Below are positions 25,092 to 37,378 of a stretch of 64,000 nt of DNA, piece after piece (position 1 is the stretch's first letter; each line of letters opens with the position of its first letter). The notes under the pieces are model-generated. The model worked only from the letters and a program-made list of their open reading frames with translations. It searched no databases and was not told where the DNA came from. The position numbers were made by a program, and so were the translations under genes. Origin of the DNA: Chiloscyllium plagiosum (lineage: Eukaryota). The DNA lies in assembly GCF_004010195.1 (NCBI RefSeq), contig NC_057728.1, positions 41,137,821-41,201,820 on the forward strand, given 5' to 3'.

Positions 25092-25248
25092 TGTTGTGGT
25101 TCTGTTCGCCGAGCTGGGAATTTGTGTTGCAGACATTTTGTCCCCTGTCTAGGTGATATCCTCAGTACTTGGGAGCCTCCTGTGAAGCGCTTCTGTGATG
25201 TTTCCTCCGGCACTTATAGTGGTTTGAATCTGCCGCTTCCGGTTGTCA
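25092..25248 (-). mobile_element. Poseidon-type PLE terminal repeat fragment
   Basis: Homologous to 57260-57416 (tggttctgttcgccgagctgg...gggagcctcctgtgaagcgcttctgtg). Confidence 0.85.
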
Positions 25249-25372
25249 ACAATTTATACTTCCAATCCTCCCAATTTCTCCGCACGAAAGGGGTAGCCAC
25301 AGGAACCCGCATGGGCCCCAGCTATGTCTGTTTCTTTGTCAGCTACGTAGAAGAGTCCATCTTCTGGAATTA
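25249..25372 (+). mobile_element. Neptune-type PLE RT fragment
   Basis: NNLYFQSSQFLRTKGVATGTRMGPSYVCFFVSYVE (RT motif, consensus Q..G.AMG...PS.A). Confidence 0.8.
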
Positions 25373-25579
25373 CTTACATACTTATTGATTCAAGAATCCT
25401 GCTTGGATATACCTGACAAAGTCTGCTCAATCCAACATATTCGCAGTTAGGCGGTTTTACAAGATCTCCCTTTAGCCTCCTACGTTCTAAAGAAAAAAAC
25501 TCCAATCAGTTGAAACTCTCCCTGTACTTCAGACTCCAGTGTCTGACATCCTTTCATTATGACACACTGCGTCGAATAT

Positions 25580-25800
25580 TCAGTCAATTTTGCATCCATT
25601 TTTCCAGCTCGTCTTGGATTCCATGTGATCTAACGTTGAAGAGCAGCCTACCACGTGGACTCCTATCAAATGCCTTACTGAAATCCATGGGGACTACGTC
25701 TATTACCTTGTCATGTTCAACCTTCCTGGTCACTGCATCAAAGAACTCTAACAAATTGGTGAGGCATGATCTACCACGCACAAAGCCGTGATGACTATTC
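25580..25800 (-). mobile_element. CR1 RT fragment
   Basis: HGFVRGRSCLTNLLEFF...MDFSKAFD. Confidence 0.9.
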
Positions 25801-25924
25801 TTCAACAAAACCTCTCTTTCAAATGCAAGTATGTCTTATCTCTAAGAATCCTATCAAGAAACATACAATTCGATACCCTCAGTATTTTAGGACCTCACCC
25901 TTTGCAAACGAGCTTGGAAAACTA

Positions 25925-26098
25925 AAGATGGAAATGTGTTGCTGGAAAAGCGCAGCAGGTCAGGCAGCATCCAGGGAACAGGAGAATCGACGTTTCGGGC
26001 ATTAGCCTGAAGAAGGGCTAATGCCCGAAACGTCGATTCTCCTGTTCCCTGGATGCTGCCTGACCTGCTGCGCTTTTCCAGCAACACATTTCCATCTT
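25925..26098. repeat. Perfect 83-bp inverted repeat with 8-nt loop (family A PLE derivative)
   Basis: 25925-26007 is the exact reverse complement of 26016-26098. Confidence 0.95.
26007..26038 (+). ncRNA. Minimal hammerhead motif inside a perfect palindrome
   Basis: CUGAAGA-A-GGGC-UAAU-GCCC-GAAA-CG-UC^. Core intact but stem I poor; the 5' core sits in the loop of an 83-bp hairpin. Confidence 0.65.
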
Positions 26099-26180
26099 GA
26101 ATTTGCGGTAAGACTGTTTGTTCTAATCTTTGCATTACTGCTTCTGCTATGAGTCCAGAGATGGGCTCACCCATTTGAAC
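26099..26180 (-). mobile_element. Poseidon-type PLE RT fragment
   Basis: MGEPISGLIAEAVMQRLEQTVLPQIQ (consensus MGSP.S...A). Confidence 0.8.
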
Positions 26181-26749
26181 ATTTAACTCCACCTTTATTG
26201 CCAAAAACTATACAGGCTTAATATCATTAAAGCCACAATAACATCAACAGTCTAGAAAATAAATATAAACTGGCAGAAAATGACTACAAATGAAACAATG
26301 CTGAAATAACTTTAATGACTGTGTGCAAGGTTTTATGAGTTAAAAAGGATGTAATTGAATTGATGAGGCTGTTTGTGACATCTGTTACTAAGAATTAATA
26401 TGGAGTATGGTAGAAATTATTACATACCTCTGGAAATCTAATTTTATTGGGAAACATTATATAGTACTTGCAACCTGACACTTCATAATCTTATCATTGG
26501 AAAGGTGTATTTTCGATGCAGTATATTGAATAAGTTTAGAAATAGATGTGTCAAATGAGACAACATTTGACACTTGAATGGTATTGTTGTAACCCAGTTA
26601 GTGACCATTAACATTTTTTTAAAAAACCATCCAGCAACTAATGGACAGAGAAATTAAACAAAGCTAACAACTCCATCCACAAAGATTATAATATGAATTC
26701 AGTTCTACTTCCTTTACACCCACTCCACCACAGAGTTCCCTGACCTTAA

Positions 26750-27085
26750 GGGAAGGTGTTGCGTACTGGTAATGTCACCTAGACTTGTAATCCAGAAACT
26801 AAGACTTTGGGTCAAATCCTACCAGAGTAGAGGAGGAAATTCAGTAAATATCCAGGATAAAATGCTTACCTCATGGTAACCATGTATCCATTTTAAATTG
26901 TCACAAATACTTATCTGGCTCACTCATGTCTTTAGGGAGGGGAAGTCTGCCATTACTGAATCCATCAGGGTGAATATAACTTGAGACCCAAAGCATTGTG
27001 GTTGATTATTATCTACCTTCTAGGAATTTAGGAATGGACAACAAATGGCTGAGTTCGCAACATCCACATTAACTAATTTTTAAAA
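26750..27085 (+). mobile_element. SINE family B, decayed
   Basis: tggtaatgtcacctagacttgtaatccagaaac...atctggctcactcatgtctttaggg. Confidence 0.7.
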
Positions 27086-27694
27086 AGAATCCTTGAAGGC
27101 TCATTCATTTTACCTGTGGTGCCAGACAAAAGTATATCACAGCTCACCTGAATTCTTCCCTGTGCTTCCTCTTCAGTCCTCCAGCAGTATTGCCAAGGTA
27201 AAAGACATCATGAGGTCCTTCCACTGCTTTTAACAAACAACCCTCCAATATTTCCTTAAAATTGCAAGATGCTGTGACTCCTGTGCTGTTACTTCAAGCA
27301 TCAGAAAGCACCCTTGCTTTCCAATAGCCTGCTGCTGTGGTTTCAAACTGCAGCCAAGCTGATTGATTTCCAGAATTTCAGTTGCAGCAACATTTAACTG
27401 CCTTTCACCAAGAAGATTACTGTAGCTTTATTCCTTTAGCTTCCAGATAAATAACTCTCCCAGTTGCTTTTCCCTTAAAAACTTTGTCATATTCTGAATG
27501 AGCTCTTAATCCCAGACAACATCATGGACAATAAATCTTGAATTTGCTTTACTTCACATGTAAGTCTGGTTTTATATCTCAACTTTTCAAAGAACAACAA
27601 GCTAATTAAGACCCAAAGATGACAAAGTCTGTTTACTCTTTTTCCAAGCATCAACTGATTTGCCTGTTGGCTATATGTAAATTCAATTCTGAGA

Positions 27695-28945
27695 TAACAT
27701 AGAAAAGTACAGCACAGAACAAGCCCTTTGGCCCACGATGTTGTGCCGAGGTTTAATCCTAATGTACAATATAGTAACTTAACCTATGCCCCCCTCAACT
27801 CACTGCTCTCCATGTGCATGTCCAGCAGTCGCTTAAATGTCCCCAATGACTCTGCTTCCACCACCACAGCTGGCAACGCATCCCATGCATTCACAACTCT
27901 CTGCGTAAAGAACCTACCTCTGACGTCTCCTAACATCTTCAAGCTATGACTCTTCGTACCAGTCAATCCTGCCCTGGGGAAAAGTCTCTGGCTATTGACT
28001 CTATCTATTCCACTCATTTATTTTGTATGCCTCCATCAGGTCTCCTCTCTTTCTCCTTCTCTCCAGAGAAAAACGTCTAAGCTTATTCAACCTTTCTTCA
28101 TAAGGCAGTATCCTGGTAAACCTTCTTTGCAACCTCTCCAAACTCTCTGTATCTTTCCTATGGTAGGGTGACCAGAACTGGACACAATATTCCAAGTGTG
28201 ATCTCACCAGGGACTTGTAGAGCTGCAGCAAAACCTTGCGGCTCTTCACCTCGATTGCCCTGTTAATGAAAGCCAAAACACCATATGCTTTCTTAACAAT
28301 CCTATCTACTTGGGTGGCAACTTTGAGGGATCTATTTACTTGAACGCCAAGATCCCTCTGTTCCTCCACACTGCCAAGAATCCTGTCTTTAATTTTATAT
28401 TCAGCATTCAAGTTTGACCTTCCAAAATGCATCACTTCGCATTTATCCAGGTTGAACTCCATCTGTCTTTTCCCAGCCCAGCTCTGTATCCTGTCTAAGT
28501 CGTGCTTCAGCCTGCAGTAGCCCTCTATACTATCAACGACACCTCCAACCTGTGTGTCATCTGCAAAGTTACTAACCCACCCCTCAATCTCCTCATCCAA
28601 GTCATTTATAAAAGCTACAAAGAGCAGAGGCCCAAGAACAGAGCCCTGCGGTATCCCACTCAACACTGACCTCCAGGCAGAATACTTTCCAGCTACAACC
28701 ACTCTCTGCCTTCTGTCAGCCAGCCAATTCTGAATCCAGATAGCCAAATCTCCCTGTATCCCATACTTCCTGACTTTATGAATGAGCCTACAATGAAGAA
28801 CCTTATCAAATGCCTTGCTGAAGTCCGCACACACCACATCCACTGCTCGACCTTCATCGACCTGTATTGTCACCTCCTCAAAGAACTCTAAGATTTGTGG
28901 GGCATGACCTGATTGCCTTTAATCATACTATGCTTTACCAAATAG
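27695..28945 (-). mobile_element. Young 5'-truncated CR1 (HER1-like) with a 290-aa open RT segment
   Basis: ORF 28001-28873: DFSKAFDKV, GIPQGSVLGP, FADD, RDLGV, LEYCVQFWSP; 3' tail at ~27700. Confidence 0.95.
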
Positions 28946-29789
28946 TCATAAATTCTATCCCTCAGATAAACCTGAAACACAGGAATAAAACATTTGAAAT
29001 ACAAATTCTATTGGAATAAGTGCAGATATCACATTTCCAGTTTTGTTTTAGCTCAGGCTGACCACATACCATTTTTTGTGCATTAAGAATTACCATTTGT
29101 CTTAAGTCTGTGTGGTTTATCAGCCTGTGGATGTTTACTAGTAGTTTTAAATCCATTTGAGCTTGAATTTAAAAACAGTTTCTAAAACTATGATATTAGA
29201 TGTTTGTAACGATCTGTACATTTATTCTCAAATAGTAGAAATTTATAGATTGCCTCCAACAAATAATTAAAATGATGGATTAATGTCTACATATAAAGAG
29301 AAGATTTGGTTATAATTTTTACATCATTTATCTGCAAGACCAATACAAAAAAAAATCATTCAGGTAATAGGTACAGAAAACTGCCTCAGTAGTACTAACA
29401 TTTGTAATATTCCCGTGTTCTTTTGAAGAATCAAAATCTCAGTACAAGTTAGTGTTGCAATCCAAGCAGTTAAACTATACATGAGTTGCTAAAAAATTAT
29501 TCAAAAGGACAGTGCCCACATTAGAAAGCCATAAAATCTATTTCAGAACATGATTTGAATGCTGCAGTGGTGTGAGTTACATGCTTTTGTTCATTTCTAA
29601 CAAAGTTGAAATCTTGCTAATAAAGGTTACTTCAATCAAGTAAATGAAAGTACATTAGAAAATCCTTGCATAATACCTCTATAATAAAAGCACTGATTGT
29701 AAAGAACTAAATGTGTGCTAATGGATTACAACAGTACTATAACAATGGATTGAGCAGGCTGATTTGCTTTAATTAACCTGTTCAGAGAT

Positions 29790-29875
29790 AATACACTTCT
29801 GGAGCACGTAGGACTTGAACCCAGGCCTTCTGTCCCAGAGGCAGGGACACTCCGACTCTGCCACAAGAACTCTTT
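29790..29875 (-). mobile_element. tRNA-derived SINE head fragment
   Basis: ggacttgaacccagg (B box on -) ...ctgccacaaga. Confidence 0.5.
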
Positions 29876-30364
29876 GAGTATGCTAATTAAGAACAGGCAT
29901 AACTTGCTCCAGCTGCCAATTGATGGATCAGTTCACTTCAAAAATGCAATAGCAGAATAGGAAAGGCATTATTCTAATTTGGTATTTAGATTCTTGATGA
30001 AAGTATTGAATGTTTGTAACGCTAATTGAAAGTTTTTTTTTTCAATAATCTTGATTCTTTAATGATGAAAAGAAGAACGTGTGTGAAACTTTGGAACCTT
30101 GAAAGCAGTAAGCTATCATTTTTTTGAAGGATTTAAAACCTATTAACATCAATTTTGACTAATTATTTTCCCACCAATTAATTAGATTTTTTTTCTGATC
30201 AGTGAATCAGTATAAAGCAAGTTCTTCAATTTGGAGAAAGAAAATCGTTTCTCTGTTTTCTTACTATCTAACTTAAAAGATCCTTTGCAGATAATGCAGG
30301 CACATGCGCATGTATCACAATGTACAACAGATGGGAAGAACTTAACATTGGAATTCAGTGTTGT

Positions 30365-30790
30365 AATGTGGAGGAGTCTGAATTGGACTGGGGTGGACAA
30401 AGTTAAAAATCACACAACACCAGGTTATTGTCCAACAGGTTTATTTGGAAGCACTAACTTTCGGAGTGCTGCTCCTTCAGGTAGCTGTGGAGCAGGGCCA
30501 CAAGACCCTGCTAAAGGTATAGCAAAAGATTAGTGTTATGTAACTGAAATGATATGCTGAACAAACTTAGATTGCCATTATGTCTTTCATCTTTTAGAAT
30601 GGGTTGTAGGAACAAATTTAGGTTTGTTCAGCATATCATTTCAGTTGCATGACACTGTAATCTTTCATTCTAAGTTCTGTGTCTTATGATCTTGTTCCAA
30701 AGCTACCTGTTGAAGGAGCACCACTCCAAAAGCTAGAGCTTCCAAATAAACCTGTTGGACAATAACCCAATGTTGTGTGAGTTTTAACTT
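30365..30790. mobile_element. Long palindromic element, family B (MITE-like PLE derivative)
   Basis: aagttaaaaatcacacaaca..ttgtccaacaggtttatttggaagc is mirrored by gcttccaaataaacctgttggacaataa..tgttgtgtgagttttaactt; inner arms aactgaaatgatatgctgaacaaac / gtttgttcagcatatcatttcagtt. Confidence 0.85.
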
Positions 30791-33551
30791 CTGTGTTGTA
30801 GACATAAGGTTTAAGATGTCTTAAAGAATAGAAGATTCCCAGCATTTGATGTGAGGATTTACTGAGGTATTGTAGATGCTTAATTGTACTAGCAAGTTTA
30901 ATTCAGACTAACTATTTATCATGCTGGTGAAAACCACATTAAGAGGATATGGGATCAATCTCAAGAGGAATAGTGAAAAGACAGAAATACTTCAGTAAAA
31001 TCATGTTAAATGTTTGGAATTGTGAGGTGGCCAAGACTAATAGCTAATAATCATAAGTGTTCCTGTGTATACCTGGACTGCATAAGGTATAGTATGAACA
31101 TGGTGGTGGACTGAGACAACAGATGGATTGTACGTATGCGGTGTTTTTAATGTCTTGTGTTTAGTGTTATGAAAATAACTTGTTTTATCTGCCCTAGTAT
31201 GTAATATTACAGCATTATTTCAATTATTATGAAACTTGATAGCAGTAATATCCTTTTGGACATCTATTCTCAATAAATTTAGACAGTAATGTGTGGCTCC
31301 TGCCTTGGAGATAATAGGAAAGGAAAAATATTTCTGCACATTTTTAAGTTGAAATTTTGAGTGATGAGCTGCAGCATTTGGGGAAAACAATGATCTAATC
31401 TTGCCAGTAAATCTCCATTTGGTATCTCATGATAACATCTAAAATGTGCTTCACTTTAAATCGGTTAAAAATGTAACAATGGAATAGTGTTATATCTTGC
31501 TACCACATCTCAATCATGTGTATGGTTGCAATAATATATCTCTTAGAAATTATCTTAATCTACAGATGCAAATGGCATTATTTTACTATTATCTACAGAC
31601 AACTGTATTCTTGAACTGTTCTTAAAAAGATGGTTTCAGGCGATAGATTGTATGATCAAGATTAAATATTTTCAAATTAAACTAGATTGAACCATACCTT
31701 GTGTACTGTGTGTAACTTAAGATTTTAAATTGAATATATAATTTGTAATGAAACTAGGGTGCTCTATTACAATGTATTCATTTATGACAACAAAGTACTG
31801 AAAGTAAGTGGATCAGACATTGCAATTTGTGATTTTGTTGGAAAGTGATGCTGTGTATGTGACTCTGATCTGTGGGATAGCTCTCTTCCTTAGGCATCTG
31901 GCTCCTCCAGTTGATGAGGAGGAAGGTACACGGATGATAGGGCTGTGATTGTCTATGGCCTGTCTCCTGTTTCTATCAAATGCATGATCACTGGCAGGAA
32001 GTCTGTCCAAAGCTGCTGCTCTTGTTCTCTTCATGCTAATTGATTTGCGACCGTTCCTGAGAGTACTTACAGTCAACCATAGGCAACGTGAGCCACATAT
32101 AATGGGCATCCAAGATGTTGTGCACAAAAGGGCATTATTGATCAATCTAGCAGAATTCATTATCATCATGTTGAATGCACACACAATTACCTGAAGAATG
32201 CTAGTAAAAAGCACCATAAGAAAGGCCAATAGAATTTTATATTTCATAACTAGAAGTAGAAAGTGCAACTGTGAAAGAATAAATATCAGTTTATGCATTG
32301 TGGATATGCCATATTGCATGTTGGATACTCAGTTCAGAACATGCATACATTAAACCAGCTAATTACAGACATGGCAAACTCCAATACAATTCTTGGGCCT
32401 AGTTGCCATATTTATTCAGAAGCCTTGCATGACTACAGACTAGAGAGACCCTCGAACAGATAGGATCAACTTTGCCGTATCTGCAGATAAAACTTACATT
32501 GGCTTTCACATGAAATTAAGATTTAAAATGACAAGATTTAAGAAGAGTCCAATGCCATATCTCAACTATGTAACGATAAGACTCCAGTGATTGTTAAACT
32601 TTGAACCCTGACAATATAACCACCCTAATTTAATGATCACTGCATTATTATGCTCTAATTTTCATATTTTACCGAAAATGATTATCTGACTTACCTCAAT
32701 TCAATAAACTTAGTTGCAGAATTAAGTTGTGATTTGTTGACGCAAAACTACGGTTTGCTCTGGCAGTTGTGGCATCTCGAAGTCAACTTCATTGGGTTGA
32801 TGTCTTTCTTCACATCATGTCATGCACTGTTTTAGATTCAATACCAAGACTTTCCTCTTTTCCTGCTTAGTCTTCCTAGTTAGCCCAGACTATCTTGTAA
32901 TTAGCTCTTTTATACTTATATTTCAGTCTTGAAATCTAACTCTTGAAGAACGAAATCACGTAGTCAGCAAATGATTCTGCATGTGGAAATTTGTAGAATA
33001 GGCAATGGCAACTTGTACTAATGGTGGTCCTGTTTACTACACAGACACAATGTACATTGAGAATGGAGGGCCAAATGAATATTAGGGTATTTATTGTAGA
33101 GAAACTTTAATTTTGCACCTATTCTGCTGTTTCTTAAGGAGTTATGATGATTTATTTCCACTCTAGTTTGATGGATTCTGAGATGGCTAGTAAGTCTAGT
33201 GCATCATCTGCAGAAGCTGGTGCTTGTACAGCAGGGGGTATTTGAAGGGCTAGTACATTAGTCAGTGAAGATTTGTGTGCTCCCTGCAGCATCTGCATGC
33301 TGCTAATGAAAGTTTGTATATAGTACCATTTGAGAAACTGGGAACATGCAGAACGTGTCATCCATTGTTCCCGTGAGTCAGCCTACTTGCCACAAAGTCA
33401 ACACTGCCCTCTTAGACAGTATAAATGTTATTTCCCCTTTTTTTATTTCAGTAATTCTTGCCAGTTGTCCTGATGACTACAGATGGAAAAACTTCAACAG
33501 AATGTCAATAGTACCCAAATTTTATACAACCAAATGACTATTTAGTTCATG

Positions 33552-34655
33552 GAACATTACAGGCCCTTCGGCCCTCGACATTGCACCTGTGGAACCAATC
33601 TGAAACCTATCTATCCTACACCATTCCATGTCCATCCATGTGTTTATCCAATGACCATGTAAATGTCCTTTAAAGTTGGCAAGTCTACTACTATTGCAGG
33701 GAGTGCATTCCATGTCCCTACCACTGAGTAAAGAAAATACCTCTGATATCTGTCTTATATCTATCACCACTCCAATTTAAAGCTATGTCCCCTTGTGCTA
33801 GCCATCAGCATCTGAGGAAATAGGCTCTCACTGTCCACCCTATCTAACCTCTGATTATCTTATGTCCCAATTAAGTCACCTCTCAACCTTCTCTCTAACG
33901 AAAACAGACTCTAGTCCTTCAGTCTTTCCTCATAACACCTTCCTTCTATACCAGGCAACATCCCAGTAAATCTCCTCTGCACCCTTTCCAAAGCTTCCGT
34001 GTCCTTCCTATAATGCAGTGACCAGAACTGTACGCAATACTCCAAGTACCAGAGTTTTGTACAGCTGCAGCATGATATCATGGATCCCTAACTCGATCCC
34101 TCTCCCAATAAAAGATAACACATCGTATGCCTTCTTAACAAATCTATCAACCTGGGTGCCAACTTTTTCAGGGATCTATGCATATGGACACTGAGATCTC
34201 TCTGCTCATCTACACTACCAAGAATCTTACTATTAGCCCAGTACTCCTTAGTCCTGTTGCTCCTTCCAAAGTGAATCACCTCATACTTTTCAGCATTAAA
34301 CTCCATTTGCCACCTCAGCCCAGCTCTGCAGCTTATCTGTGTTCCTCTGTAACCTGCAACATCCTTCAGCACTATCCACAACTCTACTGACCTTCGTGTC
34401 ATCCGCAAATTTACTAACCCAACCTTCTATGTCCTCATCCAGGTCATTTATAAAAATGACAAACAGCAGTGGCCCCTTGCAGTACATCACTAGTAACTGA
34501 ACTCCAGGATGAACATTTCAAATTAATCACCACTGTGTGTCTTTAGCTAGCTAATTTCTGATCCAAACCGTGAAATAACCCTCAATCCCATGCTTCTGTA
34601 TTTTGTGCAATAGCCTACTGTGGGGTTCTTTTATCAAGTGCCTTACTGAAATTTG
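33552..34655 (-). mobile_element. CR1 3' portion
   Basis: ORF 34296-34490: PLLFVIFINDLDE..SKFADDTK. Confidence 0.92.
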
Positions 34656-34974
34656 TTAACCTTCAGTAGACAGTGTAAATTGTCTGCTGTGACTGGCAAT
34701 GAAGCTGCACTGCTATTCATGAGGCTTTTGATTTGGTGTCTGTGTGCCACATTTATGAAGAGTAAATTTATTTTAATTCTTGACAACTCAGAGTTGCAGT
34801 CAATTTCAAAATGTTGGAAGGTGCACCAGAAATATTTTGGCTAGTTGTGTATCTCGTATGAATGGAAAATAAACTCTGTTTAAGGCTGTCCAAACAAAAC
34901 CACTGAGAAGGTATACACCTGTAGAAATTTATGTTGCATAACACACAAACACAGCTGAGTTCATCCTGTACAAT

Positions 34975-35905
34975 CCATAAGACATGAAACAGAAGTAGGC
35001 CATTCAGCCCATTGAGTCTGCTCCATCGTTCATTGAGATCAAAGCTAATCTGATCTTCAACTCCAATTTCCTGCCTTTTTCCTTTAATTCTGACTGATTT
35101 TAAAAAGCTGTCTCAGCCTTGAATATACTAACAACTCAGCTTCTCAAGCCCTCAGTGGTTAAAAAAATTGTCAGTTTCACTACCCTCTGAGAAAACAAAC
35201 ATTCCTCATTTACCTTAAATGGACAAACAATTACTCTGAGATAAGTCCCGATCATCCAAGACTCCCCCACAAGGGGAAACAGCCTTTCCTCATTTACCCT
35301 GTCTAGTCCCCTCATCTCGTGTTTTGATAAGGTCACCTATTGTTTCTCTTAAATCCCAATGAGTACAGGCCCAACCTACTTCGGTTCTCCTCATAACAGA
35401 GATCTAAGAGGTTGGATCAGCTGTGTGAACCTTCTCTGGACTGTCTCCAGTTCTAGTCTATCTTTCCTTTGGATAAGGAGACCAAACTTGTTTATAGTAT
35501 CCCAACTGTGGTCTGACAGTTACTTTGCCAAAATAAAGTCTCCCTACTTTTATACTTCATTCCCTTTTGAAATAAAGACCAATGCTCCATTTGCGTTCTA
35601 TATTAAATGCTGAACTTGGATGCTAGCTTTTTGTGATTCATAGACAAGAACTCCCAAATCCTTCGGGTCTGTCACTTTCTGCAGTTTTTCTCCATTTAAA
35701 TAATATTCAGCTCCTCTATTCTTCCTGCCAAAGTGCATAAGCTCACATTTTCCCACATTGTATTCCATCTGTCAAATTTTTGCCTGACTACTTGACCTTT
35801 CTATGTTCTGCAGACTTGGTGCAATCCTTACCATTTGCCTTCCTGCCTGTTTTTCTATTATCCAGATTTGGCGAGGTACATTCTCTTTCCTCATGCATGT
35901 CATTC
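34975..35905 (-). mobile_element. CR1 3' portion, older family
   Basis: ORF 35136-35336: MRGLDRVNEERLFPLVGES; tail gaagtaggccattcagccc. Confidence 0.85.
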
Positions 35906-36667
35906 CTACCGCAGCAAAGCAATGATGATCCCCATTGACACTGTCCTTTAGATGTCAACAAGCCCGCTGAGAATTTCCAGCATTCTTTTTATTTCAAATT
36001 GTCAGTGTTGCATGCTATTTTGCTTTTTGTCATCGTGTGCTTTAGAGTCTCTGGTGCAATAACCTTTATGTCTCCTTCCTATTCAACAGACTTCAGTCGC
36101 AGAACTCTGTCTAGTGCATGTGTAATTTGGATTAGCAATGCATTAAATGTCATCTGCCAGATACAGACTCATATTCTCCATTTCTTCCTGTTCTGATTAT
36201 AATCTTTTGTTGCTCACCCAAAGCTATAGTACAGTTGCATTGTTTGAGTCATCTATCAATGTTTACTCTTCACATGAATGATTAGAGACACAGTCCTAAT
36301 ATCAAAACCCATTAATCTTCACTTCAATAAATCAATACTTTATCTGTTGCAGAATCTATTCTCTAATCATACTGGACTTAACTTGTGTGTGTATATTTGA
36401 AAACTTGTGACAAAATCAAATGTAGTCCCCTTCCCCAGCAGAAAGGTTTGAGTGGGTTACCAGTTGGTTGTTAAAGGAAAACAAGAAATTATTTTTCCAG
36501 AAGCAAGGTGTAGCTTGCCTCTAACTGAAACGGAGCCAGTGAGCTTACATGAAAATTTTCAGGAATATGTGGGTGAGTTGGTGGGAAAGGTAGGTAGATG
36601 TTGAATGGGAACAGGTCTGAAATTATTGTTTTAGGATGGAAACAAAACTAGGAATGGGTGTAGCACT

Positions 36668-37378
36668 TAGTCATAGAGATATACAACATGGAAACAGACC
36701 TTTCTGTCTATCTTGCCCATGCTGGCCAGATACCTAAATAAATCTAGTCCCATTTGCCAGCATTTGGCCCATATCCCTTTTAAACCCTTCCTATTCATGT
36801 ACTCATCCAGATGCCTTTTAAATGTTGTAATTGTATGAGCCTCCTTCACTTCCTCTGGCAGCTCATTCCAGATACACACCACCCTCTGTTTGAAAAGGTT
36901 TCCCCTTGGGTACCTTTTCAAATCTTTTTGCTCTCACCTTAAACCTAAGCCCTCTAGTTTTGGACTCCCCTATCCTGAGGAGAAGAACTTCGCTGTTCAC
37001 CCTATCCATGCCCCTCATAATTTTATAAGCTTCTATAAGATTACCCCTCATTCACCAATGCTCCAGGGAAAATAGCCTCAGTCTATTGAACCTCACCCTA
37101 CAGCTCAAACCTTCCAATGCTGGCAACATCATTGTAAATCTTTTCTGAGTCCTTTCAAGTTTAACAACATCCTTACGAAAGCACAGAGACCAGAACTGAA
37201 CCCAGTATTCCAAAAGTAGCCTTATCTAGTGTCCTGTATAGTTGCAACATGACCTTTCAACTCCTATACTCAATGCATTGACCAAGAAAGGAAAGCTTAC
37301 CAAACACCACCATCACTATCCTGTCAACCTGTGACTCTGCTTTCAAGGAACATGAATTGCACTCCAAGATCTCTTTGC
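36668..37378 (-). mobile_element. CR1 3' portion
   Basis: ORF 36863-37051: RGNLIEAYKIMRGMDRV...KTRG. Confidence 0.9.

Noticed and set aside
28001..28873. 290-aa ORF as a host gene
   Set aside because: CR1 reverse transcriptase fragment, 5'-truncated and non-autonomous.
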